Origin: an uncultured Bacteroidales bacterium
GTDB taxonomy: Bacteria; Bacteroidota; Bacteroidia; Bacteroidales; P3
Direction: 5' to 3'
Assembly: GCA_947165255.1 (NCBI GenBank)
Contig: CAMUZR010000016.1
Span: 875-64,874, forward strand
Length of the DNA: 64,000 nucleotides
Shown: piece by piece, positions 56,035-64,000 of the stretch
Layout of the letters: every line of letters starts with the position of its first letter
Position numbering within the stretch: the stretch's first letter is position 1
The notes under the pieces: generated by a model
Seen by the model: the letters and a program-made list of their open reading frames with translations, nothing else
Databases searched by the model: none
Told to the model about the DNA's origin: nothing
Translations under genes and position numbers: made by a program

Positions 56035-57717
56035 ATGGATACAATAGAAGTCGTCATAGAAAACACTCACGAGCGCAGAACTGTTAAACCCGGCACCACC
56101 CTTGCCGCCCTCTCCCAAAAATACTATACCGATTTGAAGCAATGGCCTCTGCAACACCCCATTTTGGGCGCGTTGGTCAACAACGTGGTAGAGGACATGA
56201 ATTACCGTATCTATATCCCCAAGACCATCCGCTTTTTCGACATTACCGACGCGCAGGGATGGCGCATGTACCAGTCGTCGCTTATCTTCATGCTCTACAA
56301 AGCCGTCCGCGAGACTTTCCCGCAGGCCCGTCTGGCAGTGAAGCACTCTATGCAGGGCGGTTTCTACTGCACTATCGAAAACGCCGACGAGGAGGACCGC
56401 TATCGCATCGCCACCACGGTGCGCGACCGTATGATTGAAATTCAGCACCAGGACCTCCCCTTCGAGTCGAAGGTAATGCTGCTCACCGATGCCATCGAAG
56501 TAGTGAAGGAGGCCGGCATACCCGAAACACAGAAACTCCTAGAGTCCCTCGGGCAGCTATACATCACCATGAACTATCTTGGCGACACCGTCCACAAGTT
56601 CCATACCAAGCTTGTCCCCAGCACAGGATGCCTGCGGTCGTGGGAGTTCTGCACCTATTCCGACTCTGGCTATCTGCTACAAATGCCCGACCCCAAACAT
56701 TTCGAGAAGTTGGCCATGCTGCCCGATACGCCCAAACTGTTCAGCATTTTCAAGGAACACCACCACTGGGCCGACCTGCTTCAGGTACCCACCATTGCCG
56801 ACCTCAACCGCATCGTGCGCGACAAGGGCGAAAACCACCTCATTCATGTGGCCGAGGCCCTGCATGAGAAAAAATATGCCGAGATTGCCGACATGATTTT
56901 CCAGCGCCGCGACCATGTGCGTATGGTGCTGCTGGCCGGACCCTCTTCTTCCGGCAAAACCACTTCCTGCCGCCGACTGAGTGTGCAGCTGAGTGTGCTG
57001 GGTTTCGACGTGAAGCAACTCTCGCTCGACGACTATTTCGTCTGCCGCGACCGGACGCCCAAACTGCCTAATGGCGAGTTCGACTTCGAATCGATCGACG
57101 CTCTCGACATCCCGCTGCTGAACGACCACCTCCAGCGGCTTTTCAACGGCGAAAAGGTGGAAATTCCCACCTTCGACTTCCTCAAAGGCAACCCCTATTT
57201 CGACGGCAAGAGCCTGCAGATGGGGCCCCACAGCATCCTGCTGGTAGAGGGCATTCATGCACTCAACCCCAAACTCACCGCCCAGATTGACGATGCGCTC
57301 AAATTCCGCATCTATGTCTCGGCTCTCACCCAGATTGCCATCGACGATGTCAACATTATCCACACCAACGAGAACCGCAAGCTCCGCCGCATCGTGCGCG
57401 ACAACAACTTCCGCGGCTGGGATGCCTACAATACCCTCCACCGCTGGGCCGAAGTGCGCCGTGGCGAGGCCGTTAATATCTTCCCCTTCCAAGAGAATGC
57501 CGACGTGATGTTCAACTCCGCCCTGCTCTACGAGATCGGCGTACTGAAAATATATGCCGAGCCGCAGTTAAAACATGTGCCCGAGAATTGCGAAGAATTT
57601 GCCGAGGCCACGCACCTGCTCAAGTTCCTCAACTTCTTCGACCCCATCAGCCCCAAGCACATTCCCCCCACCAGCATCATGCGGGAATTCCTCGGCGGCA
57701 GCAGTTTCAGTTATTGA
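56035..57717 (+). CDS. Uridine kinase/PRK-family nucleoside kinase with N-terminal TGS/ThrRS-like extension
   Basis: P-loop LLAGPSSSGKTTS in the C-terminal half, followed by ILLVEGIHALNP. The N-terminal ~270 aa extension is typical of the long Bacteroidota form. Confidence 0.65.
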   Translation: MDTIEVVIENTHERRTVKPGTTLAALSQKYYTDLKQWPLQHPILGALVNNVVEDMNYRIYIPKTIRFFDITDAQGWRMYQSSLIFMLYKAVRETFPQARLAVKHSMQGGFYCTIENADEEDRYRIATTVRDRMIEIQHQDLPFESKVMLLTDAIEVVKEAGIPETQKLLESLGQLYITMNYLGDTVHKFHTKLVPSTGCLRSWEFCTYSDSGYLLQMPDPKHFEKLAMLPDTPKLFSIFKEHHHWADLLQVPTIADLNRIVRDKGENHLIHVAEALHEKKYAEIADMIFQRRDHVRMVLLAGPSSSGKTTSCRRLSVQLSVLGFDVKQLSLDDYFVCRDRTPKLPNGEFDFESIDALDIPLLNDHLQRLFNGEKVEIPTFDFLKGNPYFDGKSLQMGPHSILLVEGIHALNPKLTAQIDDALKFRIYVSALTQIAIDDVNIIHTNENRKLRRIVRDNNFRGWDAYNTLHRWAEVRRGEAVNIFPFQENADVMFNSALLYEIGVLKIYAEPQLKHVPENCEEFAEATHLLKFLNFFDPISPKHIPPTSIMREFLGGSSFSY

Positions 57718-57968
57718 AAGAGAGTCTTCTCTCCGAATGTAATAGCCTCTCAAGTTCTGGAAGGCTTTTCCAAGCTGGTGTATAACCTTTGTCGCTGAGT
57801 ATGTCGGCAGCCCAACTCTCCCCCTCAAAAGGTAGGGGTGGATTAGAGGTAGCTCCGATGTGAGTTCTGCCATTCTTCGTTATCTCCTCGTTTGTCGAAC
57901 GAGGAAACGGCGAGAAGGAATAAAGAACAGAACGTGAAGATAACGAACGTGCGACGATAGGACATATT

Positions 57969-60500
57969 TCATTCCACCACAATCTCGTCGCAGAACATGT
58001 AGCTATCGGCGCCGGGGGCGGGATGCCAGGAGGGGAGGCCACCGGGGTTTTTGGCCACAATGCGCAGGTAGCGCGTGTTGAGTTTCAGGTCGCGGATGGC
58101 ATCGGTACGGATGATGTTGCCGCGTTCGCGGAAGTCGGGGGAGAACCGCTCGGTGTGTTCCTTCTTCCAAGTAGTGCCGTCGGACGAGGTGTAAACCTCG
58201 ATGGTTTCGGGTGCCAGAATCCAGTCGAGGGCGTTCTGCAGGAAGCGCATGGTGATATTCTTGACCGGCGTGACTGCCTTGAGGTCCAGCTCCACGTCGA
58301 TGTCTTTGCCCCAATAGCCCTGCCAGTGCCCGTCGGCATAATTATTGTCGCTGCCCAAGATGCCGTCCACCAAGGCGTTGTCGCCGCCTCCGCTATAGAC
58401 GGGGCGGTAGTCACTATAGGCGGTGTTGAGTTTGGTGAGGTTGCCGATGGCCTTATGGAAGAGGAGGTACTGCTCGCTGTAGACGGGGTCGTCCCACTTG
58501 TTGTAGCTGACGGCCTTGACGATGCAGCTGCGGCCGATGGTAAAGGGCCTTTTGTATAGGTTGGAGCCCTGTGTGGGTTTGCGGCCGTCGACGGTGAAGT
58601 AAATGGGGCGATCGTTGAAGATGGTCTGAAGGGCCACGTACATCTTCTTGTCCTTATAGCTGTTAGCGAAGAACACCCGCTGGCGGAAGTCCTGCACCTC
58701 GCGTCCCAGGCGGTCGTAGCGGTTGCAGATGGTATCGCGGCTATAGTCGGTGCACTCGTCGTCCCACAGGCGCAGGTATTCCAGTTTGAGGCTGTGCAGG
58801 CTGCGGAAATATTTTTTACTGTACTCCTGTATCTCTACCTTGCGGGCGCCGTTGTTTTGGAACGAATTATAGAGCATCACCCGCAGGCGGCTTTTCTGTG
58901 CCACGCACAGCAGGCGGTGGCAGTCGTAGGCAAAATGGGGCTCCATGTCGGCATCCACAAGGCTCAGTGCGCGGTTGACCACGGCCTCCACGCTGTCGCA
59001 GCGGGCAAGGATGCCGTTGTCGGTGACGGCCGGATAGAACTCGGTGAGGGGCTGCATGAGGGCCGCCGTGGTGTACCAGTCGCCCACGTAGGGGTTCTGG
59101 GCCAGTTCGCCCACGGCGTAAATCATCCGAGTCACCGAGGCGCTCTTGTCGGCCTTGTAGCGTTTGTTATAGTCGATATTGCGCAGGCGGTCGTAATTCT
59201 CGTTGAACTGGCGCTCGCGTTCGGCCAGTTCGGCCTTGGCCCGTTGGGGGTCGGTCTCGCTGAGTGGGTGCCAGGCCATCTCGGCGGCCCAAGCCATGGC
59301 ATGCCAGCAGTCGCCGAAGAGGCTCTCGCCGCTGTCGTCCCAGGCGGTGTTCATCAGGCCGCGGGCGCCGGCCTTGTAGCCGTCGCGGGCCAGGTAGGCA
59401 ATATTCTGAATGTAGTTGTGCACCAGCGGCAGCGAACTCCAATGGCTCACACCGGGAGCCACCCAGAACTGGGTGCCCTGCTCGCGGTGCAGCTGGGCGA
59501 AGGGTGCTATCATGTGGTCGTAGCTCTCCTGCGCGCCGTAGCTCCATACGATGTACTGCATCTCGCGCGGCAGCTTCTTAAGCATGGCGGGGTTCTTGCC
59601 CACAATGTCGCCCCACATGAGCACCTCCATCTTCTTGCCGTCGTGGGCCTCGCCGTAGGCCTCCTGAATCATGTCGTAGACGCGGTTGATGTGCTGGCAG
59701 TAGACCTCGTCGGCTCCCCGCTCGCTCACATACTGGCGGGCGCGACCGCTGCCCAGTGCCTCGGTCTCGTCGCAGTTGATATTGAAGAAACGGCTGCTAT
59801 GGTAGGCGGCCACCGTGTTCTCAATCTGGTCGCGCAGGAAGCTGTAGGTCTCCTCCTTGGAGGGGTTGACGTTGGCCGGGCTGTCCATAAGGCTCTGGTA
59901 GTAGGGTATGCGCAGGGTCTTCTCAAAGTGGGCGAAGCACTGCAGGTTGGCCATCATGTAAGGGTCGTTGGCATACTCGTAATCGCCTATGCCGCTGTTG
60001 CCCGAAAGGTCGGGGTAGAGCTCATTATAAAGGGTGTGTTCGGTGTAGTAGTTGCCGAAGTTCATCTTGTACTGGTCGCAAAACTTACGGGTGCGGCGGC
60101 GGAAGTCCTTGTTAGGGATGGGACCGCGGCTGATGTCGTCCAGCCAACCGCGGTACTCGTAGGCGGGCCAGTCGGTGATGGTCATGCAGGGCACCTGGCC
60201 GTGATAGATTTTCTTCAGCTGGTCGAGGGTGCGCATGGCGTAGTCCCACCCCTCGTTGCTCACGGCCCATACCTGCACCCGCCCAGGGGTGATTTCGATG
60301 CGGTAGGCCTGGCGCTGGTTCTGCGCCCCCTCAATCTCGGCCACGAAGTTGCGCGGCGGATAGGTGGTCCCGAGGCTGCAGGTGCCCTCGCCCAGCTCCA
60401 CCCGTTGGGGAGTGGGGATGACGCCGATATTCACTTGGTGGTTCTGCGCCGCGGCTTGCAGCCCCAGCGCCAGCAGCATGAATACTAATATTCTCTTCAT
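57969..60500 (-). CDS. Glycoside hydrolase, GH20-like (beta-N-acetylhexosaminidase family) with C-terminal F5/8 type C (discoidin) domain
   Basis: Signal peptide, ITDWPAYEYRGWLDDISRG (GH20 TIM-barrel entry motif), a FNINCDE acid pair context and a C-terminal discoidin-like region. The start is set at MKRILVF (ATG 60500). Confidence 0.6.
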   Translation of the reverse strand: MKRILVFMLLALGLQAAAQNHQVNIGVIPTPQRVELGEGTCSLGTTYPPRNFVAEIEGAQNQRQAYRIEITPGRVQVWAVSNEGWDYAMRTLDQLKKIYHGQVPCMTITDWPAYEYRGWLDDISRGPIPNKDFRRRTRKFCDQYKMNFGNYYTEHTLYNELYPDLSGNSGIGDYEYANDPYMMANLQCFAHFEKTLRIPYYQSLMDSPANVNPSKEETYSFLRDQIENTVAAYHSSRFFNINCDETEALGSGRARQYVSERGADEVYCQHINRVYDMIQEAYGEAHDGKKMEVLMWGDIVGKNPAMLKKLPREMQYIVWSYGAQESYDHMIAPFAQLHREQGTQFWVAPGVSHWSSLPLVHNYIQNIAYLARDGYKAGARGLMNTAWDDSGESLFGDCWHAMAWAAEMAWHPLSETDPQRAKAELAERERQFNENYDRLRNIDYNKRYKADKSASVTRMIYAVGELAQNPYVGDWYTTAALMQPLTEFYPAVTDNGILARCDSVEAVVNRALSLVDADMEPHFAYDCHRLLCVAQKSRLRVMLYNSFQNNGARKVEIQEYSKKYFRSLHSLKLEYLRLWDDECTDYSRDTICNRYDRLGREVQDFRQRVFFANSYKDKKMYVALQTIFNDRPIYFTVDGRKPTQGSNLYKRPFTIGRSCIVKAVSYNKWDDPVYSEQYLLFHKAIGNLTKLNTAYSDYRPVYSGGGDNALVDGILGSDNNYADGHWQGYWGKDIDVELDLKAVTPVKNITMRFLQNALDWILAPETIEVYTSSDGTTWKKEHTERFSPDFRERGNIIRTDAIRDLKLNTRYLRIVAKNPGGLPSWHPAPGADSYMFCDEIVVE

Positions 60501-60535
60501 AGGTAGTTGTGTTTGCTTGTGTATAGTAATAAATT

Positions 60536-60543
60536 GCAAAGAT
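60536..60543 (-). promoter_or_regulatory. -7 promoter box (TATCTTTG on the minus strand) for the GH20-like gene
   Basis: Reverse complement of caaagata, 35 nt upstream of the ATG at 60500. Confidence 0.5.
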
Positions 60544-60557
60544 ACGTTTTTTTTTCG

Positions 60558-60565
60558 TATTTTTG
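60558..60565 (+). promoter_or_regulatory. -7 promoter box (TATTTTTG) for the tyrosine phosphatase gene
   Basis: TAnnTTTG match 22 nt upstream of the ATG at 60588, arranged back-to-back with the GH20 box. Confidence 0.5.
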
Positions 60566-60587
60566 CATTTTCGAAACACAAAAAAGT

Positions 60588-61055
60588 ATGCACAGGATTC
60601 TCTTTATCTGCCACGGCAATATCTGCCGCAGCGTGATGGCCGAATACGTCTTCAAACACCTGGCCGCCCAGGCCGGGATGGCCGACCGCTTTGAGGTAGA
60701 CTCCGCCGCCACCAGCTCAGAGGAAATAGGCAATCCCATCTATCCCCAGGCGCTGCAATGCCTCCGCCACCACGGCATAGCCAATGCCCGCCACAGCGCA
60801 CGGCAGGTGACGCAGGCCGACTATGACCATTTCAACCAACTCATACTCATGGAGGACTACAACCTCCGCAATCTCCGGCGAATCATACCCGGCGACCCCG
60901 AAGGCAAAATGTCGCTGCTGCTGGCCCACGTTGACCCCGCTCAGTTGGGAGGCCGCACACTCGACGTGGCCGACCCCTGGTACACCCGCGACTTCGAGGC
61001 TGCCTATAGCGACATAGACTTAGGTTGCCGCGCGCTGCTGGCCGAACTATCATAA
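60588..61055 (+). CDS. Low-molecular-weight protein-tyrosine phosphatase
   Basis: ILFICHGNICRSVMAE (CX5R(S/T) P-loop) and the DPWY aspartate loop. Confidence 0.9.
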   Translation: MHRILFICHGNICRSVMAEYVFKHLAAQAGMADRFEVDSAATSSEEIGNPIYPQALQCLRHHGIANARHSARQVTQADYDHFNQLILMEDYNLRNLRRIIPGDPEGKMSLLLAHVDPAQLGGRTLDVADPWYTRDFEAAYSDIDLGCRALLAELS

Positions 61056-61076
61056 ACCTCATTTGTTGCCCCAATC

Positions 61077-61766
61077 ATGATTTACCAACTCGACCCCGAC
61101 TACCCTGGCTTTCCCAACCCCGAAGAGGCCGAACCCGACGGCCTCGTTGCCATCGGAGGCGACCTGGAGCCCCTCCGCCTAGTCAATGCCTACGCCAGCG
61201 GCATCTTCCCCTGGTACGGCGAGGGGGAACCCCTCCTGTGGTGGTCGCTGGACCCCCGCATGGTGCTCTTCCCCGATGAGTTCCGCTACAGCAAAAGCCT
61301 GCGCCGCGTGGTCCGGTCAGGCAAGTTCGAGGTGCGTCTCGACACCCGTTTCGAAGAGGTCATGCGCAGCTGCGCCCAAGTGGACCGCACCGCCCAGGGG
61401 CAGGACAGCACCTGGATTACCGAGGCAATGGTGGAGGCCTACGTGCGGCTGCATGAGTTGGGCTTTGCCCACTCGTTTGAGACCTATTGTGCCGACGAGC
61501 TTGTGGGCGGGCTGTACGGAGTCAGCCTGGGACCTTTCTTTTTCGGCGAGAGCATGTTCCACACCGTGACCGATGCCTCCAAGGTGGCCATGGCGCGCCT
61601 TGTGGAATTCTGCCGCGAACACCATTTCCGCCTTATCGACGCCCAGCAGCAGACCGCCCATTTGGCCTTCCTCGGTGCCCGTCCCATCCCCCGCAGCCAA
61701 TACCTTGACCTGCTTTCGGCCATCACGCCCGAGAACACACTGCGCGGCAACTGGTCGCACTTGTAG
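61077..61766 (+). CDS. aat: Leucyl/phenylalanyl-tRNA--protein transferase
   Basis: Contains GLVAIGGDL...AYASGIFPWY, PLLWWSLDPRMVL, the SFE...LVGGLYG...GESMF motifs, and DAQ. Confidence 0.9.
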   Translation: MIYQLDPDYPGFPNPEEAEPDGLVAIGGDLEPLRLVNAYASGIFPWYGEGEPLLWWSLDPRMVLFPDEFRYSKSLRRVVRSGKFEVRLDTRFEEVMRSCAQVDRTAQGQDSTWITEAMVEAYVRLHELGFAHSFETYCADELVGGLYGVSLGPFFFGESMFHTVTDASKVAMARLVEFCREHHFRLIDAQQQTAHLAFLGARPIPRSQYLDLLSAITPENTLRGNWSHL

Positions 61767-61969
61767 CCACAGCCCGGCCGTCGCCTTTCTTTCCATAAAG
61801 CGTAAGTCCGCTTGCCTGCCTACGGCTGCGGTAAAAATAATCTCTCGTTCTTTGGTTCAGGAAACAAAGAACAAGAGAAGATGTATAGAGGTTGTAACAA
61901 AGATGTAGCGGAACTACAGCGGAGCCGCGGCGAGGGGATGCGGGCGCGAGTAAGGAGGGGTGAAGGGGG

Positions 61970-62605
61970 CTACCAGCGGCCGTGGTGGATGCGGGCAGGG
62001 TCCCATTTGTCCTTGGGCTGGTTGTCGCCGGCAGGATAGCCGATGGGCACTACGCAGTAGGGCAGCACGGTGGCGGGCAGGCCAAGAAGCCGCTTGACGG
62101 GTTCCATGCGGTCGGGGTAGGGGTAGCAGGCAGTCCAGCAGGCGCCAAGGCCGTGGGCTTCGGCGGCCAGCAGCAGGTTCTCGGTGACGGCACCCATGTC
62201 GTCGCGCCACAGGTGGTTGGGCTGTCGGAGGGGGTCGGCATTGCGGTTGTCGCGCGGGGGCATGAGGGCGGTGGTGTCGGCGCAGACGACCACTATGGCC
62301 GCGGAGGCCTTGAACATGGGCAGGTTGAAGTTGTTGGCGAAAATGCTGTCGTACTGGCTCTTGTCGGTCAGGACGACGAAGCTCCAGGGCTGCAGGTTGC
62401 GGCCCGAGGGGGCGGCCATGGCGGCGCGCAGCAGGTTTTCCATTACCTGGGCGGGAATGGTGTCGTCGGTGTAGGCGCGGACGCTCTTGCGCTGCAGTAT
62501 GTTGGCCATGACGGTTTCGGCCGGGGTGGCCGCGGGCCCTTGTTTGCATTGGCATCCGGCGGCCAGCAGCGCGGCGACGGACAGGAGTAGGATTGTCTTT
62601 TTCAT
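61970..62605 (-). CDS. Nitroreductase-family protein with lipoprotein-type signal
   Basis: RKSVRAY...APSGRNLQPW...ENLLLAAEAHGLGACW are nitroreductase fold motifs. The N-terminus MKKTILLLSVAALLAAGC is a lipoprotein-type signal. Confidence 0.8.
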   Translation of the reverse strand: MKKTILLLSVAALLAAGCQCKQGPAATPAETVMANILQRKSVRAYTDDTIPAQVMENLLRAAMAAPSGRNLQPWSFVVLTDKSQYDSIFANNFNLPMFKASAAIVVVCADTTALMPPRDNRNADPLRQPNHLWRDDMGAVTENLLLAAEAHGLGACWTACYPYPDRMEPVKRLLGLPATVLPYCVVPIGYPAGDNQPKDKWDPARIHHGRW

Positions 62606-62650
62606 TTCTGTGTTGCTTTTTGAAGTCTTTGCCAGCAAGGGTGGCGACGA

Positions 62651-63907
62651 TTAGAGGCCGAAGGCTTTTTTGATGGGGTCGACCATGTCCAGCAGTTCCC
62701 AGCCGAAGAACTGCACCTCCTGCTGGTACTCGTTGCCCTGTGGGTCGTAGAGGGTGACCACGTCGCGGAAGGGGTCGCGGCCGATGTGGCCGTAGGCGGC
62801 GGTGGGGCGGTAGATGGGGTTCTTAAGGCCGAAACGCTCGATGATGGCGTAGGGGCGCATGTCGAAGATGGTGCGGAGCTTTTGGGCAATCTCGCCGTCG
62901 TGCATTTCGACATGGCTGGTGCCGAAGGTGTTGACGTAGAAGCCGACGGGCTCGGCCATGCCGATGGCGTAGGCTACCTGCACCAGCGCCTCGTCGCAGA
63001 GGCCTGCGGCCACCATGTTCTTGGCTATGTGGCGGGTGGCGTAGGCTGCCGATCGGTCCACCTTGGAGGGGTCTTTGCCCGAGAAGGCACCGCCGCCGTG
63101 GGCTCCACGCCCGCCGTATGTGTCCACGATGATTTTGCGGCCGGTGAGGCCGGTGTCGCCGTGGGGGCCTCCGATGACAAATTTGCCGGTGGGGTTGACA
63201 TAAAGCTTGAAGTCGCGTCCCGAGAAGAGGTCGCGGTTGGCCTCGCTCAGGCGGTTCATGACGCGGGGGATGAGGATGCGGCGGACGTCCTGCTTGATTT
63301 TGGCCAGCATTTTTTCCTCTTCGTCGAAGTCGTCGTGCTGGGTGGAAAGGACGATGGCGGCCACGCGCAGGGGTTTGCCCTCGTCGCTGTACTCGATGGT
63401 GATTTGGCTTTTGGCATCGGGACGGAGGTATTTCATCAGGCGCCCTTCTTTGCGTATCTTGGTCAGTTCTTGCAGAAAGATGTGGGCCAGGGTGATGGGC
63501 AGGGGCATGAACTCGGGGGTTTCGTTGACGGCATAGCCGAACATCATCCCTTGGTCGCCGGCGCCTTGCTCTTCGGCCTTGGCGCGGACCACGCCGCGGT
63601 TGATGTCGCAGCTTTGGCCGTGGATGGTGGAGAGAACGCCGCAGGAGTCGGCCTCGAATTTGTATTCGCCCTTTGTGTAGCCAATGTTGCGGATGACGTC
63701 GCGCACGGTGTCGGTTATTTCGACATAGCCGTTGCAGGTGACTTCGCCGCTGAGGACGACGAGGCCGGTGGTGACCATGGTCTCGCAAGCCACGTGGCTC
63801 TCGGGGTCGCGACGCAGGAACTCGTCGAGGAGGGCATCGGAGATTTGGTCGGCAATTTTGTCGGGATGGCCCTCAGAGACCGATTCCGAAGTGAAAAAAT
63901 AGCTCAT
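62651..63907 (-). CDS. metK: S-adenosylmethionine synthase (methionine adenosyltransferase)
   Basis: Contains [32 protein letters not shown] and [19 protein letters not shown]. The start is set at MSYFFTSE. Confidence 0.96.
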   Translation of the reverse strand: MSYFFTSESVSEGHPDKIADQISDALLDEFLRRDPESHVACETMVTTGLVVLSGEVTCNGYVEITDTVRDVIRNIGYTKGEYKFEADSCGVLSTIHGQSCDINRGVVRAKAEEQGAGDQGMMFGYAVNETPEFMPLPITLAHIFLQELTKIRKEGRLMKYLRPDAKSQITIEYSDEGKPLRVAAIVLSTQHDDFDEEEKMLAKIKQDVRRILIPRVMNRLSEANRDLFSGRDFKLYVNPTGKFVIGGPHGDTGLTGRKIIVDTYGGRGAHGGGAFSGKDPSKVDRSAAYATRHIAKNMVAAGLCDEALVQVAYAIGMAEPVGFYVNTFGTSHVEMHDGEIAQKLRTIFDMRPYAIIERFGLKNPIYRPTAAYGHIGRDPFRDVVTLYDPQGNEYQQEVQFFGWELLDMVDPIKKAFGL

Positions 63908-64000
63908 AGTACTTTTACTTTTTTGATGTTTGTTAATAAAATTGACAGGTTCAGTCCTGCCGAACATAAAAAAGCAAAGATGGGAAAGTGTGTGATTGAA

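Noticed and set aside
57718-57968. Possible further degenerate copies of the ~300 bp repeat here and at 61767-61969 (shared short strings such as CGAGAAGGAA, TATAGAGG and G-rich tails)
   Set aside because: The matches are only 8-12 nt strings that could be chance in GC-rich intergenic DNA. No extended alignment could be made by eye. This needs a computed alignment before it can be claimed.
63908-64000. SAM riboswitch upstream of metK
   Set aside because: Only about 90 nt are available before the window ends, and the apparent leader is short and A/T-rich. I could not recognise the conserved SAM-I or SAM-II core by eye. This cannot be decided from the window.
1-64000. tRNA, rRNA, tmRNA and RNase P genes
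   Set aside because: I found no GGTTCGAATCC-type T-arm contexts, cloverleaf-compatible segments or conserved RNase P/tmRNA core strings while reading the intergenic regions. The absence is by eye only, and tRNAscan/Infernal would settle it.

Overview
This window is a Bacteroidales-type chromosomal segment. Three things support that: TAnnTTTG (-7) promoter boxes, often in a CGTAnnTTTGCA context, precede many genes; there is a T9SS sprA-ruvA pair; and there is a TonB-dependent receptor/DUF4249 pair alongside many lipoprotein signal peptides. About 60 genes can be supported.

Most are housekeeping: aroQ, panC, tsaC, pepP, glnA, folK, aroK, DAHP synthase/chorismate mutase, rpmA-rplU, recN, sufS, sprA, ruvA, ogt, aat and metK. 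I found no rRNA, tRNA or CRISPR array.

The main accessory region is a co-directional defense island of about 10.8 kb at 40771-51547, with patchy base composition. It contains:
- a split restriction-modification-like module (a T5orf172/GIY-YIG-like + SF2 helicase protein and an Eco57I-like N6-adenine methyltransferase) with a YafQ toxin/antitoxin pair wedged between its two genes;
- an orphan methyltransferase-like protein that lacks the NPPY motif and sits behind a long attenuator-like leader;
- a SIR2-HerA cassette with a tightly linked KTSC gene;
- a decayed DUF1016 nuclease gene.

Two non-coding repeat families are visible. One is a ~140-150 bp multi-hairpin MITE-like element with three copies; one copy disrupts the DUF1016 gene and one abuts the methyltransferase start codon. 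The other is a ~270-300 bp repeat with two clear copies, one at the island edge.

Other second-look items are a radical SAM/SPASM + lipoprotein pair, an AT-richer ECF sigma/anti-sigma cluster, a promoter-plus-terminator sRNA candidate, and a ~360 nt structured leader upstream of a FISUMP lipoprotein gene.

All functional calls come from motif recognition by eye. No HMM or BLAST searches were possible.
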